Part shown: positions 10,087 to 19,673 of the stretch, one piece after another
Layout of the letters: each line of letters begins with the position of its first letter
Position numbering within the stretch: position 1 is the stretch's first letter
IMG/VR virus record: IMGVR_UViG_3300050821_001373
Location: 1,472 to 65,471 of that record
DNA length: 64,000 bases
Source: a virus
Lineage: Duplodnaviria > Caudoviricetes
Direction: 5' to 3' (one strand)
Notes under the pieces: generated by a model
Told to the model about the DNA's origin: nothing
The model's input: the letters and a program-made list of their open reading frames with translations, nothing else
Database searches by the model: none
Program-made: the position numbers and the translations under genes

Positions 10087-10498
10087 CGTGGGTAACAACC
10101 TCCGGAGATTCGACGATCATGTCGATCAGCGCGTCCTCGATATATCGGCAGTCTACGCCATTGATCTGGACGCGCCGGGCATCGCCGGGACGGAACGCAA
10201 CCCAATCGCCGACGTTGGCGTCTTGTCCGTAGAAATAGATATTGACGCGCGGGTCATCCTCGAAGGCGGCCGGCCCCTTCTTCAGGACAAGACCGACTGA
10301 CCCCTGCCAAATATCTTCCTTCAGGGAGCCTGTCGTCCGAATGATGCCGCCCTTCGTCTTCTCGGGCGCAACATAGATGGCGACCAGCAGCCGGTTCGCC
10401 ATGAGGCTGACTCCGCTTAGATCGCCAACTTTGGCCATCAAGGCCTTCTTGGGATCAGCGGCATTTGCAAGTTCTTCCAATACGGCGACGCGCGCCAT
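10076..10498 (-). CDS. groES: co-chaperonin GroES-like protein
   Basis: NRLLV...EKTKGGII...GLVLKKGP...VGDWV mobile-loop pattern of Cpn10. Confidence 0.8.
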   Translation of the reverse strand: MARVAVLEELANAADPKKALMAKVGDLSGVSLMANRLLVAIYVAPEKTKGGIIRTTGSLKEDIWQGSVGLVLKKGPAAFEDDPRVNIYFYGQDANVGDWVAFRPGDARRVQINGVDCRYIEDALIDMIVESPEVVTHDGQ

Positions 10499-10501
10499 TC
10501 C

Positions 10502-10702
10502 TCACTCCTTCATGATGTCTTCAAGCGTCTGTGCAAGTAAATGTTTGGCATCGGCAAGCCCCTTGCGATAGCCGGCCGAGAAACGGTATTCCGGGAAGTC
10601 GAGAAGCAACCCGCTGGCCATCGTTTCCTTGGCCCGCTCGTCTTCGTGATCCAGCGCTTCACGGAGGCGCTGGGCCAGTTTGGTCTCGATGACTGCGGTC
10701 AC
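10502..10702 (-). CDS. hypothetical protein
   Basis: 66 aa; EYRFSAGYRKGL motif common upstream of phage GroES; coupled stops/starts. Confidence 0.6.
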   Translation of the reverse strand: MTAVIETKLAQRLREALDHEDERAKETMASGLLLDFPEYRFSAGYRKGLADAKHLLAQTLEDIMKE

Positions 10703-10881
10703 TTGGGCTTCGCATTCTTACCGTACTTGTCGATCTTTTCTAGGCGACCACTTCCCGAGGCCGCGCCGGCATCATACGCCTTCACCCGGCCGCCGCCAGC
10801 GAAGCCCTGCTTGTTGCCCATCTGACGCCGCATCTCTGCGGTGCGCTTCTCGCTCTCGCCGTTGTGCTTGATCGTAGCCAT
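10699..10881 (-). CDS. small basic protein with FAGGG motif
   Basis: ATG 10881 overlaps upstream TGA; GSGRLEK C-terminus. Confidence 0.6.
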   Translation of the reverse strand: MATIKHNGESEKRTAEMRRQMGNKQGFAGGGRVKAYDAGAASGSGRLEKIDKYGKNAKPK

Positions 10882-11069
10882 CACTTCGGTCCTTTCTTCG
10901 CCGGGTAATATGCATCGGGTTTCCGCATCGTGGTGCTCATCGGCACCGAGCCGCGCGGCTCGCCCCACTTGTACTGGTCGTAATCCGTCACCGAGGGATT
11001 GGTCTTCTCGACCTTGTCCTGGTGCCGGCTGATCTCGCCGTTGTCGCCGCTAGGCTTTTTTGCTGCCAC
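10881..11069 (-). CDS. hypothetical protein
   Basis: AAGGAG RBS then GTG at 11069, overlapping the portal 3' end. Confidence 0.55.
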   Translation of the reverse strand: MAAKKPSGDNGEISRHQDKVEKTNPSVTDYDQYKWGEPRGSVPMSTTMRKPDAYYPAKKGPK

Positions 11070-13668
11070 CGTTGGTCTCCTTTGACTTGTGCAGTTCCTT
11101 GGCTCGCTCATGCTGCTCTGCGGCGATCTCCCGCGCCCGATCGTGGGCAACGTCGCCTTGAGCGGCCTGATGTTCCTGATCTGTGGCTTTTGTATCACGC
11201 TGATGAGCGTGCCCATAGGCCAATTTTAGATGATCCGAGGCAAGCTTGATGTTCGCGGCCTTCTCTGCCGCCTCCATCTCCGAGGAGTGAATCGCCACGG
11301 TGCTCGCCAGCCGTAGCCGCTCGGTATTCTCGGCGTATTGAGCAAGCTGGAGCTTGTTCGCTCGGTCCGCCGCGTCGTTCTGGTGCTGCGCCTGCAGCTT
11401 CATCATGTCGAACTGGTTGTCCTGCTGCGCCTGCGCCTGATCGGCCTGCAGCTTGTTGTTCTTATGCTGAACGTCCGCCATCTTGGCCGGGTCCACCGGA
11501 GGCGCAGGGGGCTGCTGTGGCTGGCCTGCGTTCGGCAACATGGTGTCCTCGACCCCGGTAATCCCGAGCTCGTTGGTGTATTTCAGCACCGCCTTCTTCG
11601 GATCGAACATGGTCGGGGCCGACATGACAACCTGGCGGTATGCCTCGGCCTTGGCTTGGCGATGCAGCCGCGTCGGGTTGTTCGGGTCCGACACCGGAAC
11701 GAGATCGTGCGTGTCCAGTGCCTTGATGAACAGTTCCTTTTCCCATTGCATCGCGGGCCGACGGTTGAAACGCCAGAACGCCTCCGGATCATCACGGAAC
11801 CGCTCCACCAGCAACTGGAACTCTCGCTGCTGCGAATTGTGCAGCCGCTTGTTCACCGCGCCGATCGGCTTCGATGCCTGCTCGATCAGGGCCAGCGTTG
11901 TCCCGACTGGCGCGTCAGGCTTGATGTCCGCGGTGAGCGTGTTCGCGGTCCCGCCCAACCTTTGACCAAGCTCCTCGACATGCTGCACGAACGCGGTAAA
12001 CGCCGCATCCGGGCTCTTGTACGGCAGCGGCATCACTGCTTGGCGGATGTCCTGCACCGATGAATCCAGCCCAATGCCCGAGCCAGGAGCAACCCGGAAC
12101 TGGTTCGTCAGTTGTCGGCCGGCGCCCTTGAGATAGAGGAAGCCGGGGAAGTTGGCGAACATTCCGGCGTCGATGAACTCTCGCCAGAGGGCAGTGAGCG
12201 CCTTCGTCGTATTTCCCAGCAAATGCAGCAGGCCAATGCAATAAAAGCCAAACGCTCGCATATATGGAAAATCAACGAAGTACTCCTTCGCCAGGCATTC
12301 CTTGTCGTCTTCTTTCCAATTCCGACGCAACTCGAGGACCTTACGCGATTCCTTCTCGATCACGATCTTATACGGAAGCGGCAGGCCCTTGCCCTTGAAA
12401 TGCCGCGGCGCAAACTCATCCAGGTCGAGCTCGCAATAGCACTCGTAGACCTCGAAATCGATGTCACGGGGATCAGAACTCGGCTGCACGCCGGAGATAT
12501 CGGCCTTGATCTGATCGACCTGGTTCGACGTGTCCGACTGGATCGTCGGCTGGCCCAAGGCCACGTCACGATATGCACCAACGATCTGCATTCGCTTCAT
12601 CGTCGAGCGCGGCATCTTGATGCGGTGCGTGATACGGCCGGCGTCGCTCAGGTCCGATACGTCCTTCGAGACGATGAAGTCCTCGATGTTCACCGAGCGG
12701 GACAGCGGCATCCGCTTCAGCGGGCAGTTGTAGACCTTCTTGACGCCCAAGCCCTGAAATCCAACCTTGAACAGCATCTGGTCTGTATCGGCGACATACC
12801 CCTTGTCCACAGCGGTCAGGTAGTGGTTGAAATCCTTCTCCAACGCATCCGCGATCTCGTCGCGCTTGTCATCGTCGAGCGGCGGGCCGCCGTTGTTCCC
12901 AATCAACGGATTAATGGGTGGCGGAGCGCCGACGCCGCCGGGAGGTGGCGGCAGAGGCATGCCTCCCGGGGCGCCCGCTCCTTGCGGCGGCATTGGAGCC
13001 GCTTGGGGAACCGGATGCATCGGCGGTTGTTGTGGCTGCATCCCGGGCCCGGGAGGAGGAGCACCGGGCCCGGGAGCGCCAGCGCCGGGAGACGAGGCCG
13101 GCGGAGCTGGAGGAGCAGAGAATGGGCTTGGCACAGGAGCGGGCGGAGTAATCGGGTTCGGACGATCGTCCCGAACCTTCACCGGCCCCTCAGCCGGCAG
13201 CAACTCGCCCATCGCGCTGGCTTGGAATAGCTGGCACGCCTCAAGCAAAAGCGGGTGCCGAACCGACGACATGCCATCAAGCGGAGCCGAAGATGATGTG
13301 GATGAATTATTGCTCTCGATCACCAGCCCGAGCAGCTTCATGCCCTCGGCAATCATCTCGAGATGTTCCTGTCGAGAACTGTCGTCGCGCCCGATACCCT
13401 CCAGGATTTCCGTCGCGATATTGTTCAGATCCCTGTCGTCCATCTCCTCCGCGAGGTTCGCGTTGAACTTGTCCGATCGGGGCTTCGATGCCCCACCGCC
13501 CAGATCAATCTCGGCCGAGCCATCCGGTAGCTCCGTCAGCTTGGCACCGTCCTGAAACGAAACGGCCTCACCGGGATTGGCGAGGTCGATGTCGATCGGC
13601 GGCAGACGCGGATCATCGTCAGGCGGCTGTGCGACAGGGAGGATCGATGGCGCGAACGGTGATGCCAC
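11050..13668 (-). CDS. portal protein
   Basis: 872 aa; ANLAE, HPLLLEAC.FQA, ELLPAEGPVK, GFYCIGLLHL, APVGTTLALIE motifs; Gln-rich C-terminus; downstream of terL. Confidence 0.85.
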   Translation of the reverse strand: MASPFAPSILPVAQPPDDDPRLPPIDIDLANPGEAVSFQDGAKLTELPDGSAEIDLGGGASKPRSDKFNANLAEEMDDRDLNNIATEILEGIGRDDSSRQEHLEMIAEGMKLLGLVIESNNSSTSSSAPLDGMSSVRHPLLLEACQLFQASAMGELLPAEGPVKVRDDRPNPITPPAPVPSPFSAPPAPPASSPGAGAPGPGAPPPGPGMQPQQPPMHPVPQAAPMPPQGAGAPGGMPLPPPPGGVGAPPPINPLIGNNGGPPLDDDKRDEIADALEKDFNHYLTAVDKGYVADTDQMLFKVGFQGLGVKKVYNCPLKRMPLSRSVNIEDFIVSKDVSDLSDAGRITHRIKMPRSTMKRMQIVGAYRDVALGQPTIQSDTSNQVDQIKADISGVQPSSDPRDIDFEVYECYCELDLDEFAPRHFKGKGLPLPYKIVIEKESRKVLELRRNWKEDDKECLAKEYFVDFPYMRAFGFYCIGLLHLLGNTTKALTALWREFIDAGMFANFPGFLYLKGAGRQLTNQFRVAPGSGIGLDSSVQDIRQAVMPLPYKSPDAAFTAFVQHVEELGQRLGGTANTLTADIKPDAPVGTTLALIEQASKPIGAVNKRLHNSQQREFQLLVERFRDDPEAFWRFNRRPAMQWEKELFIKALDTHDLVPVSDPNNPTRLHRQAKAEAYRQVVMSAPTMFDPKKAVLKYTNELGITGVEDTMLPNAGQPQQPPAPPVDPAKMADVQHKNNKLQADQAQAQQDNQFDMMKLQAQHQNDAADRANKLQLAQYAENTERLRLASTVAIHSSEMEAAEKAANIKLASDHLKLAYGHAHQRDTKATDQEHQAAQGDVAHDRAREIAAEQHERAKELHKSKETNGGSKKA

Positions 13669-14034
13669 TTACTGCATTGCCTCCGCCGGGTTGTTCCGCT
13701 TCCGCGGTCCGCGAGGCTTGCCGGCCGGCCACCCACCGCGGCGCTTGGGTTGGGCTTCAGCCCCCGGTGCTGCGGCATCACTGCTTGGCAGACGCTCACC
13801 GGAATTGTGAGACGCGGCAAAGCCGAGGGCTGAACTCTGAATTTCATTGCGCACCGGATTCCCCGCCCGGTACCAAGCCGCAGCCATCAGCCTCGCCTCG
13901 TCCAGATACGCCACCAGCCGCTGGAAATCCTCAGCCGTCAGCATCTCCCGCTCGGACATGAACTGCGCCGTGACGTTGATGTTGTCCGCAAACAGCATCC
14001 GCCAGCGTCGGGGGTCGATCGATAGGCCAGTCAC
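13669..14034 (-). CDS. hypothetical protein (C-terminal RGGWPAGKPRGPRK AT-hook-like)
   Basis: Coupled ORF between GT and portal. Confidence 0.55.
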   Translation of the reverse strand: MTGLSIDPRRWRMLFADNINVTAQFMSEREMLTAEDFQRLVAYLDEARLMAAAWYRAGNPVRNEIQSSALGFAASHNSGERLPSSDAAAPGAEAQPKRRGGWPAGKPRGPRKRNNPAEAMQ

Positions 14035-14867
14035 TGTCTAAGCATCTCCTCTGCCGCTCGTTTCAGCCTATCATACCCCGGATCGTCTGCATACTCGGCA
14101 CCATAGTCCCGCTCGAATTGCGCACCATGCTCCACAAGCAAGCTATTGCGCTGCCGTAATGCCCCGCCCGTGCCATGCAACTCGCTGATCAATTGCGATC
14201 GTAGCCATTCCGGATAATCCAGGGAACACAGCATGTCCAGCGCTTTCGCCAGCCGCTGTGGTCGCGTCGCGTCAAAGAACCGAGCCCACCACGAAACCTC
14301 TCGCATTCGCGTCGTCTTGTGGCCGCCGACCTCGCTCGCTCCGTGCTTCTCCCATTTCACGTCAGCCCAGACAAACCGGCCGGTCATCCGCGCCAGCTCG
14401 TCAATCCATGTGTCGTGCCACCAAAACGGGAAATGCTCCGGGCAGAAATACCCGACTTTCTCGATCCACCCCCGTGTCACCGCGATGCCGTCCGGGAGAC
14501 AGAACGGGCCACGTCGCTCGCCCCAGTAGATTACGCCAACGCCGTCCTTGAACTGAGCCGCCGCATCGAGCAGCCGGCGATCCCAGCCTGGTGAGACAAG
14601 CGCTGCGTCATCAACACCGAGCACGAAGACGGTTGTGTCTAGCGTGGTGGTGCGCACTGCACGGTTGTATTTGGCCCCGAGCGAATCCTCGCGGGGCGCG
14701 GCCTCGCTAGGCGCGGCGATACCAGCGTAGCCAGAAAGATCGTCGTCATCGTCAAGCGCGAGAGAGAACCATGTGTACGGATCCACTGCCGACGCTTGCG
14801 CCTTCGCGATCGTCGCCCTCAATTCCTCCGGCCGCCCTCGGCTCGCTATGCAGACTGCGACTGTCAT
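14031..14867 (-). CDS. glycosyltransferase (GT-A fold, GT2-like)
   Basis: IASRGRP, LDDDD, GVDD, GWD, WWHDTW motifs. Confidence 0.7.
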   Translation of the reverse strand: MTVAVCIASRGRPEELRATIAKAQASAVDPYTWFSLALDDDDDLSGYAGIAAPSEAAPREDSLGAKYNRAVRTTTLDTTVFVLGVDDAALVSPGWDRRLLDAAAQFKDGVGVIYWGERRGPFCLPDGIAVTRGWIEKVGYFCPEHFPFWWHDTWIDELARMTGRFVWADVKWEKHGASEVGGHKTTRMREVSWWARFFDATRPQRLAKALDMLCSLDYPEWLRSQLISELHGTGGALRQRNSLLVEHGAQFERDYGAEYADDPGYDRLKRAAEEMLRQ

Positions 14868-15103
14868 TTCTTAGTCCTCCGACGATACCACGTCCGGCGC
14901 GACATGCCCTCTGCTTCCCATGGCCGCTGCCCGGTGATTTTGGGGCGACCACGCTTGATTGGATCTGACAGCCGAGACCGCTCCTCCTGGCCTAGCTCCG
15001 AGGAGCCGGCCTTGGAACTCTTGCCTTCGGTTTCTTTCGCTCGGGATTCGTTGCGGGCGATATTAGCCGCTTTCAATGCCCGTAACTGGTCAAGCTTGCT
15101 CAT
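14864..15103 (-). CDS. small DNA-binding protein with PWEAEGMSRRTWYRR HTH
   Basis: 79 aa from ATG 15103; KRGRPK plus Rep-type C-terminal HTH motif. Confidence 0.65.
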   Translation of the reverse strand: MSKLDQLRALKAANIARNESRAKETEGKSSKAGSSELGQEERSRLSDPIKRGRPKITGQRPWEAEGMSRRTWYRRRTKK

Positions 15104-15119
15104 AGCAGGAACTCGGCCC

Positions 15120-15353
15120 TTAGGCCGACCTCGCCGCTTCGAGGATAATTTCGTGATCAACCGTTGCGGCTTTCGCCTTGGCCCAGGCAGCAGATGCCCT
15201 GGCTTCGAGCCGACCGAGCAGTGCGTCAAAATCGTCACCGCGAGCAAAGCGGTCCATCATGCACGCAAGGTGCGCACGGTTACGCTGGAAATCTACTTTG
15301 CGAGCGGCGCGGAAGGCTTCGATGTAGAGGGCGACTTGCTGGGTGCGGGTCAT
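15120..15353 (-). CDS. hypothetical protein
   Basis: GGAG RBS before ATG 15353. Confidence 0.5.
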   Translation of the reverse strand: MTRTQQVALYIEAFRAARKVDFQRNRAHLACMMDRFARGDDFDALLGRLEARASAAWAKAKAATVDHEIILEAARSA

Positions 15354-15383
15354 TTGCTTGCTCCGTTTTGCTGACACCATTAA

Positions 15384-15446
15384 TGGCACAACAAATCAGA
15401 TGGCACAACAATTATTTTCTGTGCCAACGATTTTATTTTTGTGCCA
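15384..15446. promoter_or_regulatory. array of TGGCACA/TGTGCCA operator-like boxes
   Basis: TGGCACAACAA at 15384 and 15401, TGTGCCA at 15420 and 15440, AT-rich spacers, intergenic. Confidence 0.6.
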
Positions 15447-15463
15447 CATGAAGGCAAGTCCCC

Positions 15464-17104
15464 TCACACATCATAAAGCGCCTTCTGCTGAGGCCGGTGC
15501 ATCATCTGCTCCTTCAGCTCTGCCGCAACCTCGAAGTCGTGCGAGATCAGGCCTTGCCGGCGCATCCAGGTTAGCGCCTGGGTCATGCTGTCGTGAATAT
15601 CATCTCGCTTGCCCTTCGGGAACATTTCGCTCTGGCTGATCGCGTTCTCGGCCCAGATCGCATCAGGTGCGTAGACCATCCCGGCCGCGAACGTCGGTTC
15701 CACCGCGTGGGTGCGAGCAACCTTGTCTCCCACCGGGCTCACGAGCTCGACCAGCCAGCCATCCTCGCGATACAGTCGCTGCATTTCCTGCGATACCGTG
15801 ATGCCAGAGGCCTTGTTCTCGATCAGCAGCCGGTCAACGCGGAACCGTCGGCACGAATATGCTATCCACTCGACCACGCCCCACGCATCCATCCTCATGC
15901 AGCGCAGATCGTAGTCCTTCTTGGACTCGCCGGAGTTGCGCGGCGGCAATTTCCCGTGCAATTCCTTGTGCTTGGCCCATGCCCACATCATCATGACGCG
16001 AGGCTTGCCGTCCGCGTCCCGGAACAGGCCCCAGACCGAGAACCCGGTTGGATCGTTCTCATCCTTCTCGGTGTAGGCCGTATCAGCCGAGGCAACCACG
16101 AAGTCGAAATCTGGGTATTTCTCCTCCTCCCAGAGCTGCCAGTATTCCCGCTTGATGATCGAGCCGCCGCGGGGAACCGGGCTCTGCTGGTATTGCCCGG
16201 ACCACAGCGTCGGAACCCGCTTGAACGTCTGCAGCTCCTTCGCCGCGAACCGGCCTTCCCACGCCAGTTCACCGTCTTGGCCTCGGGGATCCGACCAGCC
16301 TATGCTCGTCTCACAGTGCCGGCCCTCCTCGTATTCCATCGGGATGCACAGATGCTCGTACTCCGGCATCCCATCGAGAATGGCACCGCTCACGTCAGCT
16401 TCATGCACCCTTTGCATGATGACAACGATCGCATCTCGCCTTAAGTCATTGAGGCGGCTCTGGATTGACTCGGTGAACCACCTCACCGTGCCCTCTCGGA
16501 TAGTCTCCGATTCCGCCTCTTTCACGTTGTGCGGATCGTCCACCAGCACCCGGTTTCCACGCTCACCAGTACCGACGCCGCCGACCGAGGTCGCCAGCTT
16601 CCAGCCCGTTTTGTCGTTTGAAACAAGCTCCTCGCCGACCTTGACCAGCTCGAACCGATCGCCGTACAGGTCCTGATATCTCCCGCTTTGCAGCAAAGCC
16701 AAGAACCGACGATTGTCCCTCATCGTCAGGGATGAAGCATAGCTGAACGCGACGTAACGCAGATGCGGGCGATTGATCGGCCCCCACTCCCAAGCAGGCC
16801 AAAATACATTTGTTAACAACGACTTCATGAAACCAGGCGGCACATTTTCGAGCAGCCGCGGCGGGTCAAGTTCCCCAAACGTGATCGCCTCAAGGTGCAG
16901 GCAAATCGCCTCCAGAGCCCAGCCGTCCACAAACGGCGTCTGCGGCTCCAGAATGTCCCAGAAATACCGGACGAACTTAATGAGGCCGCCGCGGCGTCCC
17001 TGCTCCTTCTTCGCCCTTCTTTTTGCGACCTCGGACGCCAGGCGCCGCTCCAGCGTTGGTAAGAGCGAGGGATCGAACGGCAGCGAGGAGTTCAACAAGC
17101 TCAT
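15464..17104 (-). CDS. terL: terminase large subunit
   Basis: Walker A-like NVPPGFMKS, Walker B VLVDDPH, MQRVHE, GQYQQSP, nuclease ADTAY and DDIHDS. Confidence 0.95.
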   Translation of the reverse strand: MSLLNSSLPFDPSLLPTLERRLASEVAKRRAKKEQGRRGGLIKFVRYFWDILEPQTPFVDGWALEAICLHLEAITFGELDPPRLLENVPPGFMKSLLTNVFWPAWEWGPINRPHLRYVAFSYASSLTMRDNRRFLALLQSGRYQDLYGDRFELVKVGEELVSNDKTGWKLATSVGGVGTGERGNRVLVDDPHNVKEAESETIREGTVRWFTESIQSRLNDLRRDAIVVIMQRVHEADVSGAILDGMPEYEHLCIPMEYEEGRHCETSIGWSDPRGQDGELAWEGRFAAKELQTFKRVPTLWSGQYQQSPVPRGGSIIKREYWQLWEEEKYPDFDFVVASADTAYTEKDENDPTGFSVWGLFRDADGKPRVMMMWAWAKHKELHGKLPPRNSGESKKDYDLRCMRMDAWGVVEWIAYSCRRFRVDRLLIENKASGITVSQEMQRLYREDGWLVELVSPVGDKVARTHAVEPTFAAGMVYAPDAIWAENAISQSEMFPKGKRDDIHDSMTQALTWMRRQGLISHDFEVAAELKEQMMHRPQQKALYDV

Positions 17105-17363
17105 TGTCGCTCATGTCGTCCAGTGTGGCATCTTTGACATGCAGTTCCTTCGGGATGATCGCCGCGATCACCTTCAGATATTGGTCCGGCTTCTCGGTTC
17201 GAACAGTCTCAATAACCCCTTTCCCGTGCGTCGCAAAATCGTCCGACATCGCCGCGATGAAGTCCTCGGACAGCTTGTTCCGTGAGCCCTTGGGCCGTCC
17301 GAGCGGGTTTCCGGACTGTCCGGGCTTGAATCCTGGGTTACTTGGTCCTGATTTGAAGGTCAT
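16977..17363 (-). CDS. terS: terminase small subunit (DUF5681-like N-terminus)
   Basis: FKPGQSGNPLGRPKGSRNK motif; immediately upstream of and overlapping terL. Confidence 0.75.
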   Translation of the reverse strand: MTFKSGPSNPGFKPGQSGNPLGRPKGSRNKLSEDFIAAMSDDFATHGKGVIETVRTEKPDQYLKVIAAIIPKELHVKDATLDDMSDNELVELLAAVRSLALTNAGAAPGVRGRKKKGEEGAGTPRRPH

Positions 17364-17754
17364 CGGCCCTTGAATACCTGTTGTATTTTCAACACACATT
17401 CTAATTATCGGAACACCAGAAAATGCCGGATATACCGATGTCGAGAGGAGGCAGCGCACCCACCAACAGATATGGGTCTTGCGCCGCATTGTACCACGGC
17501 TGGCGCTTGGGAGGAGCTGCAGCTCGGATGTTAGCAGTGCGTCAAACTTGCCGGCGGCCTCTGCCATTACTTGGTCAATGCTCACAGCACACTCCAAAGG
17601 ATCAAGGCGACGATCCCAGCCCAGGCAAGATAGCTGCACACGTTAATCGTGCTGTAAATCGATTCAACCCACCAATTTCGGCGAGCCAAGTAGGCCCGGT
17701 TATCCGCTTGGGTTCGCCAAGTTCCGTCATCGCATTCCACCAAGTCCTCGATGC

Positions 17755-18063
17755 TCATGACGTGGTTCCTTCCTTGATCTCGCGCTTGATGTCCGCCAGC
17801 TCCTTGCCCACCGCAACACAGCCGGCGATGCGGGTGAGGTCGGCAACTTGGGCGCGGAGGCGATCGATTTCGGCAGTCAGCCGCTTTTCCATGCCAAGTT
17901 TGGCTGAAAGATGATCGCGGTCGGCCTCCTTCAGTTCGTCGTTTTCGGCGCGCAGCAGCTCGATCTCGGCAATCGCCAGCCGCAGATCCTCCTTGAGCAT
18001 GTCCTGCGCGCTATCCTCGTAGACGCGGAGGCAGGTGTTCAGCCTGTCAATGATGTCGGTCAT
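17755..18063 (-). CDS. hypothetical coiled-coil protein
   Basis: MTDIIDRL...AIAEIELLR, common phage accessory pattern; RBS GAGGAG. Confidence 0.6.
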   Translation of the reverse strand: MTDIIDRLNTCLRVYEDSAQDMLKEDLRLAIAEIELLRAENDELKEADRDHLSAKLGMEKRLTAEIDRLRAQVADLTRIAGCVAVGKELADIKREIKEGTTS

Positions 18064-18609
18064 TCCGGTTGCTCCTCTTTCACTTGGTCTGGGTCTCGTA
18101 TCAGTGCCCGGTCGGCTGCCGCTCGTTCCCGTCGTCTTGCTCGGTAGGCCCGGCGCTGGGCTGTGATCTTGTTCTTGCGTCGCTTGCTGGCTGGCTTGTG
18201 GCGGCTCACCGTCCTGCCCTATGTGCCCGGAAAAGTGATCTTACGCAGCATTTAGCCAAGTTCCAACGGAGGTCGTCGGGCAGATACGAAAACCTCACCA
18301 TGTCATTTATCAGAGCATGGCGGAGTTTCTGCAATACCTTGGCTTCCCTCATCTCTTCCTCCGTGGGTATCAGCAGCGGCGATCCTGGCACCTGTGGGAA
18401 GGCTCGGGGGACGCCGAACCAGAATGCCGCTGCTGAACTGGTTAGAGCTTCCCTACTTTGCCTCATCCTCGATCGCTGAGGCAATCAGCGTCTTTCCAAG
18501 CTCTGCAAGATATGCCGCCCTCCGGGATCGCCTAGCCTCACGCTCCTCGCGCTCTCGCTTGATGTCGGCCGCGGCTGATTTCATATCGACAACTTCGCCC
18601 ATGGTTGCG

Positions 18610-18906
18610 TCAATCCTTCGCACGAAAATAGGTTATAAACCCCCGCCATAGAGCGCGATCACCGTATGTCTTTGTGTCGCCAACTGGCGTTGCCATCGTG
18701 CTCCAGAACCCGAACGGGGAGGTCACATCCATCTCGGCTGGGAAACGGCCAGCACTGACCCAACGCGTTTGGAATGAACCATCCTCCATCGTCCCACTGT
18801 AACCGGGGAAATCACACCGCTCCATGAACTCAGCCCGCATGATACCAAACCACCACGGTACGATGCGACAGTCTCCGGTGCGCACCCACTTCGCTTCCCT
18901 GCTCAT
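18610..18906 (-). CDS. hypothetical protein
   Basis: Coupled to upstream GT gene; GGAGG RBS. Confidence 0.5.
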   Translation of the reverse strand: MSREAKWVRTGDCRIVPWWFGIMRAEFMERCDFPGYSGTMEDGSFQTRWVSAGRFPAEMDVTSPFGFWSTMATPVGDTKTYGDRALWRGFITYFRAKD

Positions 18907-19619
18907 TTCCCCTCCTCCAGAGGCTTCACTGACGCGCTCCTCAAATCCTCGTTCTCCGTCGAGTACCGCCCGGTGTACTGCATCAGGCCAAGGTGGCAGA
19001 TCGTGTGGCCCAGCACGGCATAGACCTTACCGCCAGACGCCCGGTAACGGTAGCAAAACGAGAGGTCTTCCGATAGCCTGCGGTTGCCGTCCTTGATCCT
19101 GTCGAACAAGTGGAGTGCGCGGGTCCCGCCATGGGGCCGGATCAGGCCACCAATCACCCCCTGCGGATCGTCGTCGATCTCGACTTGGCCGGCTTCAATG
19201 ATCTGATCGACGCAGTCTTTCCGGATCAGCATCACGCCGCAACCGAGCCCTTCGAGCTCGAGCAAGTTGCCCTCTGGCTTTGCCGGCGGTGTCAGGGCCG
19301 AAGCAACCCACTCGATAGGCTGTCGCTTTTTGGGATAAATGCCGCCGATCAATGGCTTGTCTGCGGCCAGCATGTCCATCACCAGATCGGCCTCAAACTG
19401 CATGTCCGCGTCCACAAACAGGAGGTGCGTCGCGTCTAGGCAGTCATACCATACCGTCGCCATGCCATTGCGGAGATCCTCAATGCACGGGTTGGTTTGA
19501 GCTGTAAATCCGGCCGGGACGCCCCATTGGGTCAGCACCTGGGCGAGCGCGAACAGGCTCGCCGCAGTCTGCGCGTTCATCTGCATACCGAACGCCGGGC
19601 AAGCAATGAAAATCTTCAT
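18903..19619 (-). CDS. glycosyltransferase-like protein (GT-A fold)
   Basis: IFIACP, THLLFVDADM (DxD), GGIYPKK, GCGVMLI, SEDLSFC, HLG. Confidence 0.75.
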   Translation of the reverse strand: MKIFIACPAFGMQMNAQTAASLFALAQVLTQWGVPAGFTAQTNPCIEDLRNGMATVWYDCLDATHLLFVDADMQFEADLVMDMLAADKPLIGGIYPKKRQPIEWVASALTPPAKPEGNLLELEGLGCGVMLIRKDCVDQIIEAGQVEIDDDPQGVIGGLIRPHGGTRALHLFDRIKDGNRRLSEDLSFCYRYRASGGKVYAVLGHTICHLGLMQYTGRYSTENEDLRSASVKPLEEGK

Positions 19620-19673
19620 GGAACAATCCCTGTCACTATCGAATTATAGCCGTACATCGAAAGGCAAACCACC

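Noticed and set aside
15384-15446. TGGCAC boxes as sigma54 promoters
   Set aside because: None has TTGC at the -12 position with the required spacing
824-16676. Many long plus-strand ORFs (e.g. 824-1762, 6013-6855, 12112-13230, 15593-16444)
   Set aside because: Antisense shadows of high-GC minus-strand genes with no recognisable motifs
16977-17104. 128-bp terS/terL overlap as a programmed frameshift
   Set aside because: Overlapping terminase genes are common; no slippery site identified and the terL start is uncertain
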